64,000 nt of DNA from Candidatus Aminicenantes bacterium. Its GTDB lineage: Bacteria > Acidobacteriota > Aminicenantia > Aminicenantales > Saccharicenantaceae. Each line of letters starts with the position of its first letter. The stretch's first letter is position 1. The translations under genes were made by a program, and so were the position numbers. Shown in pieces: positions 16,620 through 26,241 of the stretch. The notes under the pieces were generated by a model. It saw only the letters and a program-made list of their open reading frames with translations. It searched no databases and was not told the origin of the DNA. The DNA lies in contig CAWECI010000008.1 of the NCBI GenBank assembly GCA_963807525.1, positions 33,011 to 97,010 of the forward strand, in the 5' to 3' direction.

Positions 16620-19359
16620 TTACCGAGAACGGATGAGCCGCACCGGGCCGAAGAGGCCGGAATCGGCGAATTCGCCGTAGCTGTTGTTGATCAGGTTGGC
16701 CACCCGGACGCGGATCTCGTTCGGGCCGGGGCGAAGGGCCGCGCCGATCTCGAACACGTGCGGGCCCCAGAGCCGCGCGCCGCAGCTTCGGCCGTTGACC
16801 CAAACCTCGGCCGCGTGGGCGACGCGGCCGAGGTCGAGGCGCATGTCCGGTTCGGGCTGGTCGACGGCGACCGTCTTGACGTAGTCCAGGAGTCCGCTGA
16901 ACTTCTTGAGGCCCCAGGCCGACCAATCTTCGAGCGGCTTCTCGACGCCCTTCATGAAGGCGGCCGGCGGGACGGACGGGAATTCCATGACCGGCTGGAT
17001 GGCCGGATCGAAGGTGACCATCCAGGGCCCCTCGACGGCGGCGACGACATCGAGCTCGGGCCGACGCTCGGGAGGGCCGGCGAGCGCCTGGCTCCGAGGA
17101 TCGAAGACCAGCCAGTAAGCTTCATAAGGCTTGAACACCAGGGCCAGGGTGCTCCCCTCGGCGCCGTCCGTCGAGGGCACGGGGCGGACCCGGCCCGTTT
17201 CGCAGTCCCAGATCGAGGCGGCGCCGTGCGCGTCCCGCACGGAAAGTCTCGCCCGATTGCCAGCCGTCGGCGTTGTTCACCAGCCAGTAGAAGTCGCGGC
17301 CGTCGATGCGGCGGTGGTGACGGAGCATCGGGAAGTCCCCCGACCGGAACGTCACCTGGCGTTCAAGACCGACCGGCTCGGGACCCGCGGCCCACAGGGT
17401 CTTGAGCCCACCGCCCCCGACAGCCGTGAAGGCCGGCTGCGCGCGCAACGAATCCATCAGTTCCTTCATCAGGGCATCGCCGACGCCGTGCTCGGCCGAC
17501 GCCGCCGGCAGCTCGCCCAGAGCATAGACGCGGCCCCCGGCCTTGGCGAACAGCACCATCTTGCGGGCCGTTTCGAGGGGCAGGATGTCGAGCGGGGGCA
17601 GGACCAGCGTCCGAAAGACGAAGGGGCCCCGGACCAGCGCCCCCGCCTTGACGCCCATCTCGCGGAGGTAGAAGCGATCGCCGACAAGGAACTCGATCCC
17701 CCGCGCCGTGAGGTCGTCGATCGCCTGGGAATAGGCCTTGTCGATCGCGTTGATCCTCTTGCCGGCCTCGCCCGTCTCGGGAAAGGACCACATGCTGACG
17801 TCCAGGAGCCCCGCGTCGGCCTGGATCCAGGCCGATTCGATCGGATTGTAGAGCAGGACGTCGGGCACGGCGTGCCCCATGGAGTTGATGAAGCTCGCCC
17901 GCCGGACGAAATCCGTCCACAGGTGGAGATAAGGGAACATCGGGTTCTCGGCGTACCAATCGGGCGGCCACGGATTGCCGGCGAGCTTGCGGGTCGTGAA
18001 CACGCCGTGGGGGATGACGTGGCTCATGCCCCAGGCGGTCACGGCGTTGGCGGCCTGCTTGAGAAAAGGCGGGTTGAACGTGCCCCACGGGGTCCCCTCG
18101 AACGCGCCCGCGCCCATGAGCTCGGTCGTCGCCCGGACGTCCCCGAACTCGGCCACCGACTCGGTCTCCTTGAAGTCGTGCACGCGGAGCGGCTTGCGGC
18201 CGAGGCAGTCCTGGCCCGGCATGGTCACGCTGCGCAGCATCTTGAGATGATCGCCGACGGCCGAGACCTCCGGTTGCAGGCCCTCTTCCCAGAAATGGAT
18301 GGTCGTGTACATGCCGTGCCGTTCATGCCAATCGGTCACGGCCCGGTACGTCTCGGCGTAGATGTCGGAGACGAGGTCGAACCATTCCCAGCGGGCCCGG
18401 GCGAATACGCCCTCGGCGTCCCGGTCGACCGCGAGCGGCAGCCAGAGCCGGATGTCGCGGCCGTAGCGCTCCCGGTAGCGTTCGTCCAGGGTCGCGGACC
18501 AGGCCAGGCCCCAGCCGTAATCGCCTTCGTTGTCGATGAAATCGCCGGGAACGGAGCGGCCCAGCTTGTCCCCGAGGCGGCGGGCATAGGGCTCGAGCGC
18601 CGTTTCGATGAACTTGGGCCCCAGCCGGGCGTCGAGGTAGTTGACGTCCGAGCCGTCGGCGCCCGGGTGGCTGTAGGTGTTGAAGACGTAGACGCGCCAG
18701 GTCCCGCCGGCAGGGGCTGTCCAGGAAAAGGGCTCGCCGCCGCCGAGGACCCGAAGTGTCCGGCTGAGGATCAGGGATCCCGGGCCCCTCTCGGCCGCGA
18801 CGACAAAGAACGAGGCCGGGACCCGGATGTCCGATCCGCCCGGGGCTTCGAACGTCGTCCAGCTCAGGGACACGGCTTTGAGCTCCGGGTTGGCCTTGAG
18901 GATGCGGCCGTTGGCCCGAAAGCTCGGCCACCAGTATTCGTCGCAATAGCCGAGGTAGGCCCGGCGGGCCTCGGCCTCTCTGAGGGCGCCGTCGAACGAC
19001 GCGAACCAGGGGTCGCCCAGCCATTCCGAGTCGGGAAGATCGGGCGTGCCGACCATGGACCGCCGGGCATGGGCATACCCCGGGTTGAAGCGCTGGCTGA
19101 GCAGGACCCGCGACATCCCGGCCATCTTGGCCGGATCGAGGGGCTCGTCCCAGAACCAGAAGATGAAGGGGGCATAGATCATGTCCGGGTCCACGAACGA
19201 GGCCCGGAGCGTCTCGAACGGGACCGTGATCCTGGCCCCCCGATTCGCGGGCCGGGCCGGAGCGGGAGGTCCGGGCTTCGTGCAGGACGGAGAGAGGGCC
19301 AGCACGCTGACGAGGAGCGCGAGGCCAAGGAACCGCGAATGGACCGGGATTCTCGACAT
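16620..19359 (-). pseudogene. large lipoprotein glycoside-hydrolase-like protein with C-terminal jelly-roll / GH2-sugar-binding-like domain (GH106-like?), one frame break near 17241
   Basis: AAGGAGG-N5-ATG at 19359. The signal ends in LSPSC. The upstream segment ends ..FYWLVNNADGWQSGETF and continues one base out of frame as VRDAHGAASIWDCETGRV.. to ..VWVNGRSCGARLWGPHVFEI..RVANLINN. The span length equals 3n+1. Confidence 0.65.
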
Positions 19360-19387
19360 GGCTGCCTCCTTCATGCCGCCGGAACGA

Positions 19388-20326
19388 TCAAGCCGAAGGT
19401 CCGCCCTTCCGGCCGTACAGATCCGTGTGAAGATATTTCAGTCCGGAGTCGACCATCAGCGTGACCACGGTCGCGCCAGGTCCCAGCCGTTCGGCCAGCT
19501 TGACCGCGGCGAGAACGTTCGCGCCCGACGAGATCCCGCCGAACAGGGCCTCCTCGCGGGCCAGCCGCCTGGCCATGTCCTTGGCCTCGGCCGTGGAGAC
19601 GGCGACGATGTCATCCACCAAGTCCGGGTCCCAGAGCGGCGGCGTGTAGCCGATCCCGACCCCTTCGATCTTGTGCGGTCCCGCGGACCCGCCGCTCAGG
19701 ACCGGCGATTCGGCCGGCTCCACGGCCGCGATCCGCAGGCCGGGCTTATGGCGCTTGAGGGCGGTCGCAACGCCGCGGAGAGAGGCCGCCGTGCCCACGG
19801 CGTGAACGAAGGCATCGACCTCGCCGGACGTCTGGCTCCAGATCTCCTCGCCGAGAGGAAAATAGCCCGCGATGCTATCGATGTTCCGCAGCTGGTCGGT
19901 CCAGAACGTGTGCGGTTCCCGGCTCAGCTCGCGGGCGGCCTCGACCATGTCCAGGATGAGCGTCTTGGTGGTCAGTCCCCCCTCGCTGGGGACGAGGGTC
20001 AGCTCGGCGCCGAGCGCGGCCATCTGATCCAGCTTCTCCCGGCTGAAAGCGTCCGAGGTGACGATCCGAAGGCGGTAACCTTTGGCCGCGCAAACGAGGG
20101 CCAGGGAGGCCCCGGTGCTGCCGCCGGTGTATTCGACGACCGTGTCGCCCGGCTTCAGACGGCCGTCCGCTTCGGCCTTGGAAATGACGGCCGCGGCCAT
20201 CCGGTCCTTGAGACTGCCGGTGGGGTTCTCCCATTCGAGCTTGACCAGCACCTTCGCGTGACCCGGAGGAACGATCTTGTTGAGGCGGACGAGGGACGTC
20301 CTCCCGATCGCTTCGAGGATGTTCAT
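19388..20326 (-). CDS. cysteine synthase-family PLP-dependent enzyme (CysK/CysM/CBS-like)
   Basis: LEWENPTGSLKDR (PLP lysine region), GGSTGASLA, GVGTAASLRG. The SD GAGGGAG favours ATG 20326 over 20341. Confidence 0.8.
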   Translation of the reverse strand: MNILEAIGRTSLVRLNKIVPPGHAKVLVKLEWENPTGSLKDRMAAAVISKAEADGRLKPGDTVVEYTGGSTGASLALVCAAKGYRLRIVTSDAFSREKLDQMAALGAELTLVPSEGGLTTKTLILDMVEAARELSREPHTFWTDQLRNIDSIAGYFPLGEEIWSQTSGEVDAFVHAVGTAASLRGVATALKRHKPGLRIAAVEPAESPVLSGGSAGPHKIEGVGIGYTPPLWDPDLVDDIVAVSTAEAKDMARRLAREEALFGGISSGANVLAAVKLAERLGPGATVVTLMVDSGLKYLHTDLYGRKGGPSA

Positions 20327-20460
20327 GGGCCTCTCCCTCATGGTCCCGAGGATGGGCGAAGTCTAGCACGGCCCGCCGTCCGTTGTCACGATGCCGCGGC
20401 GGGCGGCGTATTATAATAGGAACGCCCTCCCGGCGGGCCGGGAGTTCAAGAGGAGTCGCT

Positions 20461-21846
20461 ATGATCCGTCGTCTCTATGCCTTGGCTCTGATCGGGGTCG
20501 CCCTGGCCGGCGCGGCGTTCGCTGCGCATCCGGATCCGGTCCCCGCCGTCTCTCTTGAGGACCGCATCACGGGTTACATCGCCCCCTATGTGCGAACCAA
20601 TAACTTTAGCGGAGTCATCCTGGTCACCAAGGACGGCCGCCCGCTCTTCCGCCGCGGATACGGCTATGCCGTGCGGGAATTCGATGTTCCCGTGACGCCT
20701 GAGACCAGATTCCAGATCGCTTCGGTCTCGAAGTCGTTCACGGCGGCGGCGATCATGCTGCTCGAACAGCGGGGCCGGCTCCGGACGTCCGATCCGGTCG
20801 CCCGCATCCTCCCCGGCTATCCGAATGGGGAACGGATCACCCTCCATCATCTCTTGACCCATACGTCGGGGATCCCGAACGTGAACGGGTTCCCCGATTA
20901 CGACACGAAGTCCCGGTTTCCGCAGGGTCTCGGCGAAATCCTGTCCTGGTTCAAGGACCGGCCTCTCGATTTCGAGCCGGGAACGCGATATGCCTACAGC
21001 AACTCGAACTACAACGTCTTGGCCGCGGTCATCGAGCGGGTCTCGGGACGCTCCTACGGAGCGTTCATGGCCGAGAACATTTTTGACCCTCTTGGCCTGC
21101 GGGACACGGCTCATCATGGCGACGCCCAGGCGGTCATTCCCCGGCTGGCCGCGGGCTACGCGCCCGCGGGTGGCGACGGCCTCGAGCGGGCGCCTTATCT
21201 CGACTGGTCGATCAAGACCGGCAACGGGTCGATCTTCTCGACGGCCGACGATCTGGCTAAGTGGGACGAAGCGCTCTATGGCGATACGCTCTTGAACGGG
21301 ATATCGCGCGAGAAGATGTTCACGGAGCAGGCCGCCGGCGTCGGCTACGGATGGTTCGTCCGGAAGGGCGCCCGCCGCTCACTGGCATCGAACGGGCGAG
21401 CCCCCGGGTTCTCAGCCAGCGTCGAGCGGTTCCCGGACGAACGGGTCTGCGTCGTCGTTCTCTCGAACCTTTACTCGAGCCTCAGCCAGAGCATGGCCGG
21501 CGACATCGCCGCGATCGTCTTCGGCGAGGACCGCCAGCCCCTGATCCCCGCGACCCCGGTGGTCGTCCCCGCGGCGGAAATGGACCGCTATCTCGGCCGC
21601 TTCGCGTTCGGGCAGGACTTCTCCTTCAATCCCGGAGTCTCCATAGAGATCAAGCGCGACGGCCCGTGGCTCGTCATGGCCGCCGGGGGAGCGACAGGAA
21701 CGACCTATCTCATTCCCGCTGGAAACGGGCGGTTCATCGACCGGGCCTATGGGGGCATCGTATCGTTTGACAAGACTCCCGGCACAAAGGCCGCCTTCCT
21801 GGTCTGGAACTTCGGCCGGGATTTTCAGGCCAACCGGGTCCGCTAA
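20461..21846 (+). CDS. secreted serine hydrolase of the beta-lactamase / PBP class-C fold
   Basis: Signal peptide MIRRLYALALIGVALAGAAFA. SxxK motif in FQIASVSKSFTAAAIM. A YSNSNY motif. Confidence 0.8.
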   Translation: MIRRLYALALIGVALAGAAFAAHPDPVPAVSLEDRITGYIAPYVRTNNFSGVILVTKDGRPLFRRGYGYAVREFDVPVTPETRFQIASVSKSFTAAAIMLLEQRGRLRTSDPVARILPGYPNGERITLHHLLTHTSGIPNVNGFPDYDTKSRFPQGLGEILSWFKDRPLDFEPGTRYAYSNSNYNVLAAVIERVSGRSYGAFMAENIFDPLGLRDTAHHGDAQAVIPRLAAGYAPAGGDGLERAPYLDWSIKTGNGSIFSTADDLAKWDEALYGDTLLNGISREKMFTEQAAGVGYGWFVRKGARRSLASNGRAPGFSASVERFPDERVCVVVLSNLYSSLSQSMAGDIAAIVFGEDRQPLIPATPVVVPAAEMDRYLGRFAFGQDFSFNPGVSIEIKRDGPWLVMAAGGATGTTYLIPAGNGRFIDRAYGGIVSFDKTPGTKAAFLVWNFGRDFQANRVR

Positions 21847-21893
21847 AACCTGATCCAGGCGGACCCCCGCCGTTTTCTGGCCCTAAGGACCCT

Positions 21894-21909
21894 TGGCACG
21901 TCGCTTGCT
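21894..21909 (+). promoter_or_regulatory. sigma54 (RpoN) -24/-12 promoter
   Basis: TGGCACG-TCGC-TTGCT is a full match to the TGGCACG-N4-TTGCW consensus. It lies in the intergenic space about 100 nt upstream of the unlisted small ORF at 22007. Confidence 0.65.
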
Positions 21910-22006
21910 TATCCTCAATGGAAGAGCTATTTCTGCGCCCACCCTCTTCGTGGCGGTGGTCGGTTCTTTGGCCCGGGGCCGCGGCTAGAGACAGGAAAAG
22001 GGGAAG

Positions 22007-22165
22007 ATGATGAAGCTATCCAAACAGAAAGGCCGGCTTCTGCTCGGGATCTGGCTCGTCCTCATGGGGCTCGTCCAGCTGCTGGATCTCAGCTTCGTGG
22101 GCCTGCGCCCGATCATGGGCGTGCTGGCGATCGCCGCCGGGATCCTGGTCGCGCTCCACGAGTGA
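22007..22165 (+). CDS. 52-aa two-helix small membrane protein (not in the ORF track)
   Basis: MMKLSKQKGRLLLGIWLVLMGLVQLLDLSFVGLRPIMGVLAIAAGILVALHE. A purine-rich GGGGAAG lies before the ATG. The competing antisense track ORF 21985..22326 is Ser/Arg/Pro junk. Confidence 0.45.
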   Translation: MMKLSKQKGRLLLGIWLVLMGLVQLLDLSFVGLRPIMGVLAIAAGILVALHE

Positions 22166-22189
22166 ACGGCCGGGCCGCCGGGTTCGCGC

Positions 22190-22555
22190 TCAGGCGCCGC
22201 GGGGCGCTCGCTCCAGATATTCTTTGAGGACGACGGCGCTGTTGCGCCGCTCGTCTTTCGCGGCGTAGACGAATGTGACCGGCCGCTTCTCTTGCCGGAT
22301 CCGGGCCCGCAGCCGCTCGATCTCATCCTCGTTGCGGCGCAGCTCGGTCATGTACCGGCGCCGGAACTCCGGCCACTTCTCCGGGTCGTGGCTGTACCAC
22401 TTTCGAAGCGCTTGGCTGGGCGCGATATCCCGGAACCACTCGTCGACGGCCGCCTTGTCCTTGGTCAGGCCGCGCGGCCAGAGCCGCTCGACGAGCAGCC
22501 GGAGGCCGTCCTCCTTGGACGGGGCTTCGTAAGCGCGCTTGAGACGGATGGGCAT
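22190..22555 (-). CDS. DUF488 domain protein
   Basis: MPIRLKRAYE..DGLRLLVERLWPRGL.K....DEW..D.APS..LRKW..H are typical DUF488 signatures. ATG 22555 has a GGGGAGG SD. The track start 22768 adds an implausible Arg/Gly-rich extension. Confidence 0.8.
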   Translation of the reverse strand: MPIRLKRAYEAPSKEDGLRLLVERLWPRGLTKDKAAVDEWFRDIAPSQALRKWYSHDPEKWPEFRRRYMTELRRNEDEIERLRARIRQEKRPVTFVYAAKDERRNSAVVLKEYLERAPRGA

Positions 22556-22745
22556 GTTCCCCTCCCCTTTTCCGGACCTGAACGCGCAGGTCCTTTCGGG
22601 CCCTCTATTTTCATTATAGCAGGGGGTCCGTCTATCCTCCCCTGAAGGACGCCATCCTGCCCCTCGGGACAAGGCGGGCCGGAAGAGCTGCTGTCCTCTT
22701 CGCCCCTCCCTGAGCCGCCCCGAAGCGGCCCCTGGATCATCTGGC

Positions 22746-23654
22746 ATGTTTGTTGCTTTTCCCTTCATTGAAGGAGACTGGGGAGTTCACGACTTGCGCG
22801 GCTCAGGCGGAGAATGGTCGGCCAAGAGGAGGTTCGGGCTGGCCGTGCTGTCGGCCGGGGTCCTGATGGTGGCCATAGCCCGGCCTCTTCCCAGCGCCGA
22901 AACCCGGGCCGGGGCGGCCGGGCCCGGTCTCACGGAGCATATCGGGGCTCTCATCCCCGCGGACATCCTGGCCGTCGACGATCAAGGCCGAACGGTCAGG
23001 CTGGCCGATCTCCTGGACCGGCCGGCCGTCCTGACGCTTGTGTACTACACCTGCGAGCATATCTGCCCGCTCGTTCTCGGAGCGCTGGGCCAGCTCGCGT
23101 CCGACATGCCGCTCCGGCCCGGCGCCGATTACCGGCTGATCACGCTGAGCTTCGACGCCTCCGATACGCGGGCCGAAGCGGCTGCCGCCAGGCTCAATTA
23201 CACCAAGCCCCTGGGCCCCAAGCTGCCGGCGGACGCCTGGTCGTTCCTGACGGCCTCGACCGAGGACATCGCCCGCCTGACGGGCGCGCTCGGCTTTCGC
23301 TTCGAGCCGGACGTCCACGGCTTCATCCATCCGTCCGTCCTCGTGATCCTCGGGCCGGGCGGGCGGATCGCGGGCTACGTCCATGTGACCCGGACGGCTT
23401 ACGGGGTGGGCTACCCGGTGACGTTCTCGCCGATGGCGATCGCCGCGGACCTGCAAAGGGCCGGCGCGGCGGAGCCGGCGGGTCCCGATCCGGCTCCCCT
23501 GCTGTTCTGCTATCCCCATGAGCCCCCGGCCCACGCCAAGTTCTATGGCCTGATGACGGCCATGGGAGTGGGCACGCTCGTCCTCCTGGCCGCCTTCTTC
23601 GTTTACATGTCCGTTCTATGGAAGCGCCCGCGGCCGGGCGCGGGAGGCGCCTGA
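22746..23654 (+). CDS. SCO1/SenC-family copper chaperone (thioredoxin fold) with C-terminal TM helix
   Basis: The CEHICP (CxxxC) motif in LTLVYYTCEHICPLVLGAL, and a downstream His in FIHPS. It is directly coupled (TGATG) to ctaD. The exact start is uncertain. Confidence 0.75.
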   Translation: MFVAFPFIEGDWGVHDLRGSGGEWSAKRRFGLAVLSAGVLMVAIARPLPSAETRAGAAGPGLTEHIGALIPADILAVDDQGRTVRLADLLDRPAVLTLVYYTCEHICPLVLGALGQLASDMPLRPGADYRLITLSFDASDTRAEAAAARLNYTKPLGPKLPADAWSFLTASTEDIARLTGALGFRFEPDVHGFIHPSVLVILGPGGRIAGYVHVTRTAYGVGYPVTFSPMAIAADLQRAGAAEPAGPDPAPLLFCYPHEPPAHAKFYGLMTAMGVGTLVLLAAFFVYMSVLWKRPRPGAGGA

Positions 23655-25273
23655 TGCCCGACCAACCCCCGCCCGGGGTCCGGACCGAGCCGCCCTACTG
23701 GGTCGACACTGGCCGCTATCACGGCCTAGCCGCCTGGATGATGTCGACCGACCATAAGCGCATCGGCATCATGTACCTGGTCGCGTTGCTCTCCTTCTTC
23801 TCCGTCGGCGTCTTCCTCGGCTTCCTGATGCGCCTGAACCTCCTCGCGCCCGGAGCGTTCATCAAAGCCCAGACTTACAACGAGCTTTTCACCATGCACG
23901 GCCTCATCCAGATCTTCCTGTTCATCATTCCCGGCGTGCCGGTGGCCTTCGGCAACTTCTTCCTGCCCATCCTCATCGGGGCGAAGGACATGGCCTTCCC
24001 GCGGCTCAACCGGCTGTCGTGGTGGCTCTACGTCGCCGGGGCCTTCATCGTCCTCCTCTCGCTCGTCATCCAGGGCAGGCCGCCGGACACGGGCTGGACC
24101 TTCTACGCCCCGTATAGCATCCGCACGGCGACCAGCGTCAGTGTGGCCGTCTTCGGCGTCTTCGTCCTGGGCTTCTCCTCGATCCTGACGGGCCTCAACT
24201 TCGTCACCACCATCCACCGGCTGCGGGCCCGGGGCATGGGCTGGTTCCACATGCCCGCCTTCTGCTGGACGCTCTACGCCACCGGCTGGGTCCAGATGCT
24301 GGCGACCCCGGTCCTGGCCATCACCCTGGTCTTCCTCGTCCTCAGCCGGGTCTTCGGCATCGGCTTCTTCGATCCGGCCCGGGGCGGCGACCCCATCCTC
24401 TTCGAGCATCTCTTCTGGACCTATTCCCACCCGGCCGTCTACATCATGCTCCTGCCGGCCATGGGCATCATCAGCGAGGTCATGCCGGTGTTCTCCCGCA
24501 AGTCCCTGTACGGCTACGTCGCCGTGGCCATGTCCGCCCTGGGCATCGCCATCGTCGGCTACGCGGTCTGGGGGCACCACATGTTCACCAGCGGCATGAG
24601 CGACACGGCCCGGGTGATCTTCTCGTTCCTGACGTTCCTCGTGGCGGTGCCGAGCGGGGTCAAGGTCTTCAACTGGATCTCGACCCTCTACAAGGGATCG
24701 ATCAAGCTCGACGCGCCGCTCATCTTCGCGCTGTCGTTCATCTTCCTGTTCTCGATCGGCGGCCTGACGGGCCTCATCATCGGCTCGCTGGCCCCCAACC
24801 TCCACGTCCACGGCACCTACTTCATCGTCGCCCACTTCCACTACGTCATGTTCGGCGGGGCCGGCTTCGCCATCCTGGCGGCCCTCCATTACTGGTTCCC
24901 CAAGATGTTCGGCCGGATGTACAACGAGCGGCGGGCCAAGCTCGGCTGGCTGTTCCTGTTCGTCGGCTTCCAGTTCCTCTATTTCAGCATGTTCATCCTG
25001 GGCTACAAGGGCATGCCCCGGCGCTATTTCGACTATCCGCCGGAGTTCCGCACGCTCAACATCGTCTCCACGGTCGGGTCCTGGATCCTGGTCACCGGCC
25101 TGATCATCATCGCGGTCAACCTGCTGCGCTCCCTGCGCCACGGCCCGCCGGCCCCCGCCGACCCGTGGGGAGGCAAGACCTTGGAATGGCGCATTCCCTC
25201 GCCGCCGGCGGCCGAGAACTTCCGGACCCCGCCGGTCATCCCGGACACGCCCTACGACTATGGGCCGGAGTGA
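23654..25273 (+). CDS. ctaD: heme-copper (aa3/caa3-type) cytochrome c oxidase subunit I
   Basis: 12-helix pattern with WFFGHPEVY-equivalent region (LFWTYSHPAVYIMLLP) and HHMF. Intact over 539 codons. Confidence 0.9.
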   Translation: MPDQPPPGVRTEPPYWVDTGRYHGLAAWMMSTDHKRIGIMYLVALLSFFSVGVFLGFLMRLNLLAPGAFIKAQTYNELFTMHGLIQIFLFIIPGVPVAFGNFFLPILIGAKDMAFPRLNRLSWWLYVAGAFIVLLSLVIQGRPPDTGWTFYAPYSIRTATSVSVAVFGVFVLGFSSILTGLNFVTTIHRLRARGMGWFHMPAFCWTLYATGWVQMLATPVLAITLVFLVLSRVFGIGFFDPARGGDPILFEHLFWTYSHPAVYIMLLPAMGIISEVMPVFSRKSLYGYVAVAMSALGIAIVGYAVWGHHMFTSGMSDTARVIFSFLTFLVAVPSGVKVFNWISTLYKGSIKLDAPLIFALSFIFLFSIGGLTGLIIGSLAPNLHVHGTYFIVAHFHYVMFGGAGFAILAALHYWFPKMFGRMYNERRAKLGWLFLFVGFQFLYFSMFILGYKGMPRRYFDYPPEFRTLNIVSTVGSWILVTGLIIIAVNLLRSLRHGPPAPADPWGGKTLEWRIPSPPAAENFRTPPVIPDTPYDYGPE

Positions 25274-25277
25274 GGCC

Positions 25278-25916
25278 ATGGACGAGACCCGGACCCCGAT
25301 CCTGACCGGCGCCGCCGGACGGGAGGGCGTCGACGAGCTCGGCAAGAGGACCGGGATGTGGTTCTTCCTCTTCACCGAGCTCCTCTTCTTCGGCGGCATG
25401 TTCCTCCTGTACTCGATCTACCGCTACAAGTTCGCGGCGGATTTCCATCGCGCGGCGGCCGACGAGAACCTGGTCCTGGGTTCGGTCAACACGGCCATCC
25501 TCCTGACCAGCAGCCTGGCCATGGTCCTGGCCGTCGCCGCGGTCCGCCGCGGCCAGATCAGGCGGTCCCTCGGATTCCAGCGGGCGACGATCTCGCTCGG
25601 GACCGTGTTCCTCGTCATCAAGGGGATCGAGTGGGGGGCCAAGATCGCCCGGGGCATCTATCCGAACGGGCCGACGCTCCTGTCCTTGGGCCAGGGCGAG
25701 ATCCTCTTCTTCGGCCTCTACTTCACGATGACCGGCCTCCATGCCCTCCACGTGCCTCATCGGCATCATGGTCATCGCCTTCATGATCCGCTTCACCAAG
25801 CGGGGGCGTCATCGGACCCGACCGTTATGCCCGGCTGGAGAACACCGGACTCTACTGGCATTTCGTGGACATCGTCTGGGTCTATCTCTTTCCGCTTGTT
25901 CTATCTGATCACATAG
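25278..25916 (+). pseudogene. ctaE: cytochrome c oxidase subunit III, with 2-3 single-base frame breaks in the last 170 nt
   Basis: The conserved sequence is only recovered by hopping frames: ..YFTMTGLHALHV / [17 protein letters not shown] / [30 protein letters not shown] / FYLIT. Breaks lie near 25755, 25802-25807 (G5 run) and 25898. Confidence 0.75.
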
Positions 25917-25926
25917 GAGGACGCCC

Positions 25927-26237
25927 ATGACGGGACCGGCGCCCGGACGGAGGCCTGACGAAACGGCCCTCGCGCCGACCGGGACCTATGTCGCGGTCTG
26001 GGCCGCCCTCCTCGTTCTTCCTCGGCCTGACCATCGTCGTGGCCAAGGTCCGCCTGGCGCCGTTCGGCGCCGCGGCCAACCTGCTGATCGCCACGATCAA
26101 GGCCGGGCTCGTCCTGACCTGTCTTCATGCATCTCCGGTCGGAGGGCCGGTTCCTGAAGATCATGCTGGGCGTCGCGCTCGCGGCCTTGACCCTGATCAT
26201 CATGCTGACGTTCAGCGACGTCCTGTTCCGGAGGTAG
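25927..26237 (+). pseudogene. ctaF: small cytochrome c oxidase subunit IV-like membrane protein, two frame breaks
   Basis: AGGAGG-N6-ATG. MTGPAP..YVAVWAALLVL / LGLTIVVAKVRLAPFGAAANLLIATIKAGLVLT / FMHLRSEGRFLKIMLGVALAALTLIIMLTFSDVLFRR. Breaks lie near 26017-26020 and 26120-26123. Span length equals 3n+2. Confidence 0.6.
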
Positions 26238-26241
26238 ACGG

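Noticed and set aside
17131-19464. 777-aa plus-strand ORF
   Set aside because: It is antisense to the glycoside-hydrolase-like lipoprotein gene. It is Arg/Pro/Gly-rich and has no recognisable motifs.
20412-20417. TATAAT boxes without a convincing -35 (also 22613-22618 and 30679-30684 on the minus strand, and 12029-12034)
   Set aside because: They are plausible -10 elements in front of the genes at 20461, 22555, 30640 and 12067. However, single hexamers are too weak to call as promoters without TSS data, so they are mentioned only in the evidence fields.
23726-25399. 557-aa minus-strand ORF
   Set aside because: It is antisense to cytochrome oxidase subunit I, which is unambiguous. The translation is Asp/Glu/Arg/Gly low complexity.
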